Shown here: positions 32,045-40,142 of the stretch, one piece after another
How positions within the stretch are numbered: position 1 is the stretch's first letter
How the letters are laid out: every line of letters starts with the position of its first letter
NCBI GenBank assembly: GCA_035285865.1
Contig: JAYKHS010000027.1
Location: 11,229-75,228, forward strand
Length of the DNA stretch: 64,000 nucleotides
Source: Candidatus Sericytochromatia bacterium
Lineage (GTDB): Bacteria; Cyanobacteriota; Sericytochromatia; S15B-MN24; VGJW01
Direction: 5' to 3'
Notes under the pieces: model-generated
Databases searched by the model: none
The model's input: the letters and a program-made list of their open reading frames with translations, nothing else
What the model was told of the DNA's origin: nothing
Program-made: the position numbers and the translations under genes

Positions 32045-32135
32045 GTCCGTTTCCCCCTCCTGGATGACCAGACGGCCCCCCGACCGCCTTCAGCCAAGTT
32101 TTTCTTGTCGCTCCTGAAGGACCCGGCACATCTAC

Positions 32136-32142
32136 AATTCAC
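32136..32142 (-). promoter_or_regulatory. Conserved upstream motif GTGAATT of paralog A
   Basis: About 92 nt upstream of the start position, equivalent to the motifs of B-D. Confidence 0.55.
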
Positions 32143-32202
32143 GAGTCCTTCATCCCTTGCCGCAGGGCACGCGGGGTCGTGGCCTCCGCCAAGGATGGCA
32201 AA

Positions 32203-32232
32203 GCGGGGGCGGTCCATCCGGACCACCCCCGC
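32203..32232 (-). terminator. Hairpin downstream of small paralog B
   Basis: Plus strand GCGGGGGCGGTCC-ATCC-GGACCACCCCCGC; followed by TTT on the minus strand. Confidence 0.65.
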
Positions 32233-32248
32233 CAAAGCCAAGACCCAA

Positions 32249-32512
32249 TCAGGCCGCAGCTGGCTGCTGCGCCGGCAAGGCAATCGGCGGCTTTGCGGCA
32301 ACCTGCGCGTTGTTCTGCTGGTCACGCTCCTGGTTCATGGCATCCAGCTTGGCGGACATCTGCGCGAAGGCATCGAAAGCCCCGCTGACCTGCTTGAACA
32401 TGTCTCCGACCTGCTTCAGCTGCGGCACGAACTGACCGATGGCGTCGAAGATGCCACCGATGGCCTGGAGGCCCTGCTGAATCCCGCTTACGACGTTGGC
32501 GATACCACCCAT
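32249..32512 (-). CDS. Small amphipathic paralog B (87 aa)
   Basis: MGGIANVVSGIQQGLQAIGGIFDAIGQFVPQLKQVGDMFKQVSGAFDAFAQMSAKLDAMNQERDQQ...; G-rich SD upstream. Confidence 0.88.
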   Translation of the reverse strand: MGGIANVVSGIQQGLQAIGGIFDAIGQFVPQLKQVGDMFKQVSGAFDAFAQMSAKLDAMNQERDQQNNAQVAAKPPIALPAQQPAAA

Positions 32513-32600
32513 TGTCCTGTCCCCCCTTGCTCTCCGGCGCGCCCCCCGGCTGCACCGACCACAAGACGTTCATCATCGATGTCGAGGTATCGGACGCCAG

Positions 32601-32607
32601 ATTTCAC
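32601..32607 (-). promoter_or_regulatory. Conserved upstream motif GTGAAAT of paralog B
   Basis: About 89 nt upstream of ATG 32512. Confidence 0.6.
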
Positions 32608-32820
32608 GATTCATTGACCCCGCGGAGACAGAGGCGAAAAGGTACGCCGGGGTGCCCCGATCAGACCGGGCATCCACGCGCTGTCGGCCAAGCCGCCACC
32701 GATGAGCGTCTCCTTGTCCCAGCGCGATCTCAAGGCTCTTCACAACCGCCCGCATCAGGATTAGGCCTGGCTTGGCGAACGCCCCCGTGCCAACGGGACC
32801 AGACCCCGAAACGTGCAAGA

Positions 32821-32850
32821 GGCGGGCAGTGTCCTCGGACACCACCCGCC
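32821..32850 (-). terminator. Hairpin downstream of small paralog C
   Basis: Plus strand GGCGGGCAGTGTCC-TC-GGACACCACCCGCC. Confidence 0.6.
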
Positions 32851-32888
32851 CACTGACTACCGACCGGGTTTACCCGCGTCGCCAGAAA

Positions 32889-33263
32889 CTACTTGCCCAA
32901 GGCCTTCAGAATGGCGGAGGGGTCGGTGTTGCCACCTTTGAGGAGGTCGAGAACACCATTGACCTTGCCACTGGCTTCCTGCACTTGCTGCAGGCTGGAA
33001 AAGCCAGATTCCGCGAGCGGATTCGGCTTGGCCGGCGCCGTTGCGGGCTTTGTCGCCGCACTGAGCGCCGCATCTTTACCGCCCTCCTCACTGGCCGCCT
33101 TTTCGCCCATCTTGGCCATCACGTCGAAGGCACTGCTGGCCTGCTTGAACATGTCGCCGATCTGCTTGAACTGCGGCACGAACTGGCCGATGGCCTCAAA
33201 GACACCACCAATGGCCTTGATGCCCTGCTGGATACCACTGATGAGATTGGCAGCTCCACCCAT
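32889..33263 (-). CDS. Small amphipathic paralog C (124 aa, extended C-terminus)
   Basis: MGGAANLISGIQQGIKAIGGVFEAIGQFVPQFKQIGDMFKQASSAFD...; SD GAGGAG. Confidence 0.88.
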   Translation of the reverse strand: MGGAANLISGIQQGIKAIGGVFEAIGQFVPQFKQIGDMFKQASSAFDVMAKMGEKAASEEGGKDAALSAATKPATAPAKPNPLAESGFSSLQQVQEASGKVNGVLDLLKGGNTDPSAILKALGK

Positions 33264-33347
33264 GTTCCGGCTCTCCTCTAATCTTCGGGTGCACCCTGGG
33301 CACCGCCTCTGGTTACTTGTTGCCCGACTTCTGCACCTTTTCGCTAA

Positions 33348-33354
33348 ATTTCAC
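33348..33354 (-). promoter_or_regulatory. Conserved upstream motif GTGAAAT of paralog C
   Basis: About 85 nt upstream of ATG 33263. Confidence 0.6.
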
Positions 33355-33409
33355 ATCCGGCTAATCAGCCATCACGAAAATCAGACACAAGGTCCACCCC
33401 AAAGTCCGA

Positions 33410-33435
33410 CGGGGGTGGCCCCCCGACCACCCCCG
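33410..33435 (-). terminator. Hairpin downstream of small paralog D
   Basis: CGGGGGTGG...CCACCCCCG stem; similar to the 3' region of paralog B. Confidence 0.6.
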
Positions 33436-33458
33436 CCAAGCCTTGCGAGCGAAACCAA

Positions 33459-33725
33459 TCAGGCCGCTGCCGCTTGCGGTGCAAGCGCTTGCGGCTGAGG
33501 CGGCCTGGCAGCCACCTGGGCGTTATTCTGCTGATCCCGCTCCTGGTTCATCGCGTCCAGCTTCGCGGACATCTGAGCGAAGGCATCGAAAGCCCCGCTG
33601 GCCTGCTTGAACATGTCGCCGACCTGCTTGAGCTGCGGCACGAACTGGCCGATGGCGTCGAGCACGCCACCGATGGCCTGAAGGCCCTGCTGAATGCCGC
33701 TGACGACGTTTGCAATACCACCCAT
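33459..33725 (-). CDS. Small amphipathic paralog D (88 aa)
   Basis: 70 of the first 73 aa identical to paralog B (hand count); start set at MGGIANVV by homology. Confidence 0.88.
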   Translation of the reverse strand: MGGIANVVSGIQQGLQAIGGVLDAIGQFVPQLKQVGDMFKQASGAFDAFAQMSAKLDAMNQERDQQNNAQVAARPPQPQALAPQAAAA

Positions 33726-33817
33726 GGTCCGATTCCCCCGATACGTTTTCGGGACGCCCCCCGGGCCTCCCCACCCCACACTCGGGTCATCGCCTCGGTC
33801 CGCCGCGTGCGCGCAAG

Positions 33818-33824
33818 ATTTCAC
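33818..33824 (-). promoter_or_regulatory. Conserved upstream motif GTGAAAT of paralog D
   Basis: About 93 nt upstream of ATG 33725. Confidence 0.6.
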
Positions 33825-33850
33825 ATCGTCTTCATCCTGCTGCAGGAGAG

Positions 33851-35632
33851 TCAGGACAAGGGTGCCGGGTCGGCCAACCGACGTGCCAGCTCCTCCTCTG
33901 CCAGATTCGCGAAGTCCTTGAGCAATCGGACGTCCTCATCCGAAAACCTCCGGGGCTGGACGTGCATCAGGCAGAGGGTGCCGACCGCCCAGCCATCCGC
34001 ATCCCTGAGCGGCACGCCAGCATAGAAGCGAAGGCGCCTTTCGGTGTAGGCAGGATTGTCGCCATGCTGAGGATCCGCAGCCAAATCCTCGATGATCAGG
34101 GGATCCTCGCGCAAGATGGCGTGGGCACAGAGCGAGACGTCCCGAGCACACTCGGATGCCAGGTATGCCGAGGGCGTCTTGAACCACTGGCGATCCGAAT
34201 CGATCAGGCTCACGACGGCCACCGGGACGCCGAAGGCACGGCGCACGAGGCGTGTCAGCCTCTCGAAGCGCTCGTCGGCCGGCGTGTCGAGCAAGCCCAG
34301 CGCAGCCACGCCCTTCAAGCGCAGAACCTCCTGGTCCGGCAAAGGTGCTCGCGTCCAGCGAGGCTGCCGATGCATCATCCAGGCCTCGACGCGCGCACGC
34401 AGGTATTGCGTCGAGCAAGGCCACGTCACGACATCCAGCACGTGGTCACGATCCGTCTGCGTCAACCAGGCACGCTCCTGAGCCTCGGGAAGGATCACGA
34501 CACCCGGATGACCGGTCACGACGGGCCAGGCCGAAGGCGACACAATCCAGACAGCCCCGGCGTCAATCGTGCCGGACGGGACCGGAGCTTCACGACAGAT
34601 GATGCCGCATTGCCCGAGGACCGCCGCGACGACACTGCGTATCTCCGGCTCATCGACGGCGAGCACGACCTCCGGGGGGTGGGTCGGGGAAGACAAGCGC
34701 GAGCGGAGAACACGTCGAACCTCGACCGAAGGTGCTTCCGGTGCCTCCCCGGTCCGCTCGACCACGAGAGTGGCTCCCTCCGCTGCAGCCACGATCTCGC
34801 AGGTGGAACCCGACTGACGGGCCAGGTCCCTCGCGCGCCCCAACAGCGCGTCCACGCCGTCATCGGAGCGCATCGGGTCATGGTGGAACAGAGCCAGCTT
34901 ACCGACACCTGCGGCGACGGCCACATCCACGACGTACTCGACGGTACTGTGCCCCCAGCCCGCACGCCCTCCATACTCCTCCGCCAGGTACTGCGCATCG
35001 TGGATCAGCAAATCTGCTCCAGCCACGAAGGCCACGTGCCTCCGGTCTCCCGGGTGCACGAATCCGGCGGGCGATTCCGCAGGGACCGCCGTCGCATGCG
35101 CATGCGGCTCGTGATCCGTCGCGTAGACCAGCGAGGCGCCGCGACACTCGAGCCGGTAGGCCAGGGTCGCCGCGGGATGGTTGAGACTCATGGTCGACAC
35201 GGAAACATCATCGATGGTCAGTCGTTCCTCCCGAAGCTCGTGGAAGCGGATGCGAGAGCCGAGTTGGTCAAGGCTCACGGGAAAGTAGGCATATTCCATC
35301 TGGCCGGCGAGTACATCACGCAGTTCCTGGCCAAACCCGGCGGGCGCATAGACGTCCCAGGAGTTTCCATTCGCGAAAAGCGGAGCAAAGAAAGGAATCC
35401 CCTGGATGTGGTCCCAGTGCGTGTGTCCAATAAGGAGATGGCCCCTGATCGGGCCTTTTTGCTGAGCCAGCAAATGTTGACCAAGGCCGTGGAGACCCGT
35501 TCCGGCGTCCAGAATCAGCAAGGTTCCACCGTCGCTCATAACCTGCACGCAGGAGGTGTTGCCTCCGTAGCGAATGGTGGCAGCCCCCGGCTTGGCGATG
35601 GAGCCACGGGTGCCCCAGAACGTCACTTCCAA
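33851..35632 (-). CDS. MBL-fold metallo-hydrolase fused to a degenerate receiver-like region and a C-terminal GAF domain
   Basis: VTFWGTRGS, YGGNTSCV, LDAGTG, HTHWDHIQG, YATDHE, WGHST, FHHDP; GLLDTPADERFERLTRL...SLIDSDRQWFK...LRFYAGVPL. TTG start after AGGAG. Confidence 0.88.
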   Translation of the reverse strand: MEVTFWGTRGSIAKPGAATIRYGGNTSCVQVMSDGGTLLILDAGTGLHGLGQHLLAQQKGPIRGHLLIGHTHWDHIQGIPFFAPLFANGNSWDVYAPAGFGQELRDVLAGQMEYAYFPVSLDQLGSRIRFHELREERLTIDDVSVSTMSLNHPAATLAYRLECRGASLVYATDHEPHAHATAVPAESPAGFVHPGDRRHVAFVAGADLLIHDAQYLAEEYGGRAGWGHSTVEYVVDVAVAAGVGKLALFHHDPMRSDDGVDALLGRARDLARQSGSTCEIVAAAEGATLVVERTGEAPEAPSVEVRRVLRSRLSSPTHPPEVVLAVDEPEIRSVVAAVLGQCGIICREAPVPSGTIDAGAVWIVSPSAWPVVTGHPGVVILPEAQERAWLTQTDRDHVLDVVTWPCSTQYLRARVEAWMMHRQPRWTRAPLPDQEVLRLKGVAALGLLDTPADERFERLTRLVRRAFGVPVAVVSLIDSDRQWFKTPSAYLASECARDVSLCAHAILREDPLIIEDLAADPQHGDNPAYTERRLRFYAGVPLRDADGWAVGTLCLMHVQPRRFSDEDVRLLKDFANLAEEELARRLADPAPLS

Positions 35633-35788
35633 CTTGTCTCTCCTGCGTCGCCCACGGGTACCTTCCCAAGCTGCCGAGTCCATGCGCGGCGGTCAGCTGG
35701 CCCAGACCTGCAGGCATCATGCCACGTGCAGGCGCAAGGCTCTGTCACCCGAAAACCTGGCAAGGCACTCACCCCTGTACGGTCTGAC

Positions 35789-37336
35789 TCAAGGGGTCAA
35801 GCCGATCCCCGCGAAGCGGATGCCGGCAAGATCAGCCATGTCCCGCTTCCAAGTGGTCAGATCCCCTGCATTGAAGCGTTGCAGGTCATCGTGGCCGCAA
35901 GCACGCGCCATGACCTGCATCAAGGAGACGCTGGCCTCGAGGAAGCGCTGCAAACGCAGCCCGCCATTGGCAACGTCGAGTCGAGCACGCAGTTCGGGCT
36001 TCTGGGTCGCGATACCGGCAGGGCAGAGGTTCGTATGGCACATGCGGGCCCCCACGCAACCGATGGCCTGGATGGCAGCGTTTGCGAGGGCCACCCCATT
36101 GGCTCCGAGCGCCAACGCCTTGACGAAGTCAGCAGGTGTCCTGAGCCCACCGGTCACGATCAAGGTCACGTCTGTCGCCCCGCGACGATCAAGATGACGA
36201 CGCGCACGCGCCAGCGCCGGGATTGTCGGCACGGAAATGTTGTCCCGGAACAGCAGCGGTGCAGCCCCGGTCCCGCCGCCTCGGCCATCGAGGATGATGT
36301 AGTCCACCCCGACGTCGAGCGCGAAGTCGAGATCCGCCTCTATGTGGTTGGCCGAGAGCTTGAATCCCACGGGAATGCCCCCGGACCGCTCGCGCACGTG
36401 CGCTGCCATGGCCCGGAAATCCTCGACCGTCCTCAGGTCGGTGAACGTGGCGGGCGAAATGGCATCCTTGCCTTCCGGCACCCCGCGGACACCGGCAATC
36501 CTGCTGGTAACCTTCGCGCCGGGCAGATGCCCCCCTGTGCCGGTCTTGGCACCTTGTCCCCCCTTGAAGTGGAAGGCCTGCACGCGCCCGAGCACATCCT
36601 CGCGATAGCCGAACTGCGCGGAGCCCAGTTCGAAGAAGTAGCGACTGTTCGCCTCCTGCTCCTCAGGCAACATGCCCCCCTCGCCGGAGCAGATGCCCGT
36701 CCCGGCCAGTTCTGCACCCCGGGCAAGCGCGACCTTGGCCTCTTCGGACAACGATCCGAAGCTCATGTCGGAGACCAGCAACGGGATGGCGAGGCGCAAG
36801 GGCTTCTTTGCGCCGGGGCCGACGATGAGCTCCGTCGCGACCGGAACTTCATCCAGCAAGGGCTTGCGGGCGACCTGAGCAACGAGGATCTGGATATCCT
36901 GCCACGCCGGAAGCAGATGTCCGGGCACCCCCATGGCATCCACGGGACCGTGATGGCCCACCTTGGAGAGGCCGTGCAGGGACAGTTCGTGGATGAATGC
37001 CACGTGAGGTTCCTCAGGTGTCGGCTGAGCCACCGGAAGGGTGCCGGAAGGCGACGCTGCGGTGGCTGGTGGTGCTGAGGACGCAGTCGGCGGGATCCGG
37101 TTGTGGCTGCCGTCGCAAAAGGGTGGCGCACCGGTCTGCTTGCACATGCAAAGCCAGACCTCCTCGTCACGAGCAGCCGTGAAGGGAACAGGAACAATAC
37201 CCGTGCCCCGATGCGACCCGTCGCAGAACGGCTGGTCCTTGGAACGGCCGCACGCGCACCAGTAAAGCGTCTCACCGGCCTTGACGGGCACGGAAACAGG
37301 CTTCAGGCCAGCAACGACGGGCTTCGATTCGGACAT
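35789..37336 (-). CDS. FMN-binding glutamate synthase-family protein with two N-terminal CDGSH Fe-S domains
   Basis: WCACGRSKDQPFCDGSH and LCMCKQTGAPPFCDGSH; SDMSFGSLS, SGEGG, GQGAKTGTGGHLPG, DGRGGGTGAAP, CVGARMCHTNLCPAGIATQ. Confidence 0.92.
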   Translation of the reverse strand: MSESKPVVAGLKPVSVPVKAGETLYWCACGRSKDQPFCDGSHRGTGIVPVPFTAARDEEVWLCMCKQTGAPPFCDGSHNRIPPTASSAPPATAASPSGTLPVAQPTPEEPHVAFIHELSLHGLSKVGHHGPVDAMGVPGHLLPAWQDIQILVAQVARKPLLDEVPVATELIVGPGAKKPLRLAIPLLVSDMSFGSLSEEAKVALARGAELAGTGICSGEGGMLPEEQEANSRYFFELGSAQFGYREDVLGRVQAFHFKGGQGAKTGTGGHLPGAKVTSRIAGVRGVPEGKDAISPATFTDLRTVEDFRAMAAHVRERSGGIPVGFKLSANHIEADLDFALDVGVDYIILDGRGGGTGAAPLLFRDNISVPTIPALARARRHLDRRGATDVTLIVTGGLRTPADFVKALALGANGVALANAAIQAIGCVGARMCHTNLCPAGIATQKPELRARLDVANGGLRLQRFLEASVSLMQVMARACGHDDLQRFNAGDLTTWKRDMADLAGIRFAGIGLTP

Positions 37337-37547
37337 CCATCCCCCTTGCGGCAAAGCCGCGTGGCATCCCGTCACCACGAGCCACACCGGGCGGCCACGG
37401 GCGACGCTCAAGAGCCTACCGCAAAGAACATGCGACGGCCAAGGTGCGCGGAATCCACGCGGCCGAGGGACATCCATCCGGGCACTTGACGCCTGCCGAA
37501 CACCTCGCTAGCCTGCCTGACGTTTCCATCACCTGCAGGAGGCTCCC

Positions 37548-38009
37548 TTGAACAAGGCAATCATCGGTACCTGGCTGGCCGCGGCAATCGTCACATGCGC
37601 GGGCACCGCCGCACGCGCCTCCGGCCACGAGAAGCATCCGGCAAAGCACGATGCCGCGAAACATCAGGCGGCCAAGCACGATGCCGGCGCCAAGCACGCC
37701 GAGCCGGCGGTCTTCGCACACGGCATGCTCGTCGACCACCACGGCATGACGCTGTACACCTTCGATCCGGATGTGGCGAACTCGGGCAAGAGTGTCTGCA
37801 ACGACGGCTGCATCGCGGCCTGGCCTGCCCTGGTCGCCGGCAAGAACGACAAGGCCGTGGGCAAGTTCTCCGTGGTCACGCGCGACGACGGCTCGCATCA
37901 GTGGGCCTACGAGGGCAAGCCGCTCTACCTGTGGGTTCAGGACAAGAAGGCCGGTGACGTGACGGGCGACGGTTTCAACAAGATCTGGCACATCGTCAAG
38001 CAACACTGA
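37548..38009 (+). CDS. Secreted repeat protein (COG4315/Lipoprotein_15-like) with His-rich N-terminus
   Basis: Signal peptide; GMTLYTFDPD...CNDGCIAAWP...QWAYEGKPLYLW...GD. Confidence 0.85.
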   Translation: MNKAIIGTWLAAAIVTCAGTAARASGHEKHPAKHDAAKHQAAKHDAGAKHAEPAVFAHGMLVDHHGMTLYTFDPDVANSGKSVCNDGCIAAWPALVAGKNDKAVGKFSVVTRDDGSHQWAYEGKPLYLWVQDKKAGDVTGDGFNKIWHIVKQH

Positions 38010-38149
38010 ACCTGCCGCGAACCTCGGCCGGGACGACGTCGGAGAACTTCCGAACGTTGTCCCGGACTTTGTCCGGGTGCCTCGAAGATTTCATGAAAAT
38101 CTTGGCCACCGTCGGGCATGACTTCCTTGTCCTGATTCCGGAGTACCTC

Positions 38150-38929
38150 ATGAAGCGCATCAAGTGGCTGACCGCATCCCTGCTGGGCACCGCGCTCGCA
38201 GCGCCGGCCTCTGCGGAAGAAATGCCCGGCGTCCTGCCCGGCCTCGAGAAGGCCCCGCCGTTCGTCGCGGAGGTGGAGGTCCACAATGCCCAGGCCAAGG
38301 GAGTGGTCTATCGCCTGAACTACGTCCCCGGACGGATGCGCCTCGAATCGTTGTCCGGCACGCCGAACGGCGAACATCAGGTCATCATCAGCGACCTCGT
38401 GGGTCACGTCTCCTATGTGGAGGTCTTCGGATCGTGGTACCGGGTCCGTAACGACGCCCTTGGCATGGGTGGCCTGAGCTACGGCCAGACCGGCGGCTTC
38501 AGGAGCCGCAAATTGGGCCGCAAGACCGTCGAAGGCCGCCTTTGCGAAGGCACCGAACTGACGAGTCCCGACGGCCGCACCCGTGTCGAGCAGTGGCTCT
38601 GGAACAACATGCCGGTACTGGCCACCGTGCACCAGGCCTCAGGCGTGACCACGGCCAAGTATCGCTCGTTGACCGCGCAGCGGACCCCGGATTCCTGGTT
38701 CCAGGTCCCTGCCGGCGCGCGGGTCGAAGACCTGTCCATTCCGGGGGCACCCGGAGGCAGTGGGTCAGGAGGCATGTCGTCCATGCCAGCGATGCCGGCA
38801 ATGCCCCCGGGCTACGCGATGCCGCAGGGCATGCCCCAGGGCGGCGGCCAGGACATGGCCCAGCTCCAGAACATGCTCAGGCAATTGCAGCAGAACGCCA
38901 ACCCCGAGTACGTGGCACCCGTCGACTGA
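38150..38929 (+). CDS. Secreted protein, DUF4412/LolA-like beta fold suspected, with Met/Pro/Gly-rich tail
   Basis: Signal peptide ending APASA; KLGRKTVEGRLCE and PDSWFQVPAG patterns. Confidence 0.65.
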   Translation: MKRIKWLTASLLGTALAAPASAEEMPGVLPGLEKAPPFVAEVEVHNAQAKGVVYRLNYVPGRMRLESLSGTPNGEHQVIISDLVGHVSYVEVFGSWYRVRNDALGMGGLSYGQTGGFRSRKLGRKTVEGRLCEGTELTSPDGRTRVEQWLWNNMPVLATVHQASGVTTAKYRSLTAQRTPDSWFQVPAGARVEDLSIPGAPGGSGSGGMSSMPAMPAMPPGYAMPQGMPQGGGQDMAQLQNMLRQLQQNANPEYVAPVD

Positions 38930-38977
38930 TCGGCCCGGATGACAGCGGGGCCGCCTGCGGTTCATCATGGAGTCATC

Positions 38978-40123
38978 ATGGAAACTGCAGAGGCCGTCGT
39001 CGTCGGTGGGGGCATCATCGGGGCGAGCATCGCCTATCATCTGGCCGCCCGGGGCGTGGAGCGCGTCGTGCTGCTCGAGCGCGAGCAGCTTTTCGGGGCC
39101 GACTCCACCGGCAAGTGTGCGGGTGGCATCCGGGCGCAGTTCACCACGCCGGTCAACATCGCGCTGTCGCTGGCCAGTGTGCCGCGGTTCGTCGCCTTTG
39201 CCGAGGAAATGGGCGTTCCGGCCGTGTTCAACCAGGTCGGCTACATGTTCATGTCGACGACCGAGGACAACTGGCAGCGGATGCAGCAGAACGTTGCCCT
39301 GCAGCGCAGCCACGGGCTGGACGTCGGCCTGCTGACCCCGGATGAAGTGCGTGCGCGCGTGCCGCACCTGCGGATCGACGATTTGCTGGGGGCCACATGG
39401 TGTCCGACGGATGGCATTGCCGATCCCAACGACTTCCTGTTGGGTTACCTGAAGCGCGCCCGCGAGCTGGGCGTCCGCGTCGAGACCGAGCGCGGTGCGA
39501 CGGCATTGGACCTGAAGGCCGGCAAGGTCACGGGCATCCGCACCAGCAAGGGCAACATCGCGACCCCCCATGTCATCAACGCCACCGGGGCGTGGGCCGC
39601 TCAGGTCGGCAGGATGGTCGGACTGGATTTGCCCATCGTGCCCGTGCGCCGGCACATCACGACCACCGGTGCCCTCGACTGGATCTCCAGCCGCGATCCG
39701 ATGATGGTCGACAACGGCTCCGGGCTGTACATGCATCCCGAGGGGCAGGGCCTGCTGATGGGCATGGCGCGCCACGACGAGCCGCCGGCCTTCCGGACGG
39801 ATGTCGACGAGGACTTCGTGATGACCATCGTCGAGGCAGCCATCCATCGGATGCCCCGCCTCGAGGAAGCCTCCATCGCCACCTCGTGGGCCGGACTCTA
39901 TGAGGTCACGCCCGACCACCACCCCATCCTCGAGGCGCACGCCGAGGTGCCCGGACTGTTAACCTGCGCGGGCTTCAGCGGACACGGATTCATGCACGCC
40001 CCGGCCGCCGGCGAGATCGTCAGCAGGCTCGTCTTGGGAGAGGCTCCGGGCCTCGACATCACGCCCCTGCGTGCCGACCGGTTCAAGGACCCGGCCCTGA
40101 CGCACGAGGTCATGGTCATCTGA
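38978..40123 (+). CDS. FAD-dependent oxidoreductase (DAO/sarcosine oxidase beta-like)
   Basis: VVVGGGIIGASIAYHLA, STGKCAGGIR, WAGLYEVTPDHHPI, GFSGHGFMHAP. Confidence 0.9.
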   Translation: METAEAVVVGGGIIGASIAYHLAARGVERVVLLEREQLFGADSTGKCAGGIRAQFTTPVNIALSLASVPRFVAFAEEMGVPAVFNQVGYMFMSTTEDNWQRMQQNVALQRSHGLDVGLLTPDEVRARVPHLRIDDLLGATWCPTDGIADPNDFLLGYLKRARELGVRVETERGATALDLKAGKVTGIRTSKGNIATPHVINATGAWAAQVGRMVGLDLPIVPVRRHITTTGALDWISSRDPMMVDNGSGLYMHPEGQGLLMGMARHDEPPAFRTDVDEDFVMTIVEAAIHRMPRLEEASIATSWAGLYEVTPDHHPILEAHAEVPGLLTCAGFSGHGFMHAPAAGEIVSRLVLGEAPGLDITPLRADRFKDPALTHEVMVI

Positions 40124-40142
40124 CCCAGGGCGCCCGATCAAG

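Noticed and set aside
32573..32845. 90-aa minus-strand ORF between paralogs B and C as a fifth member
   Set aside because: No similarity to the paralogs, and it overlaps the hairpin of C and the upstream motif of B.
31787..33725. CRISPR array, or WXG100/RebB/bacteriocin-leader assignment for the repeated units
   Set aside because: The repeats are whole protein-coding genes. They have no WxG motif, no Reb-like signature and no adjacent peptidase-ABC transporter or cas genes.
33710..37078. 1122-aa plus-strand ORF
   Set aside because: Antisense shadow of two well-supported minus-strand genes; no recognisable motifs; long shadow ORFs are expected at this GC content.
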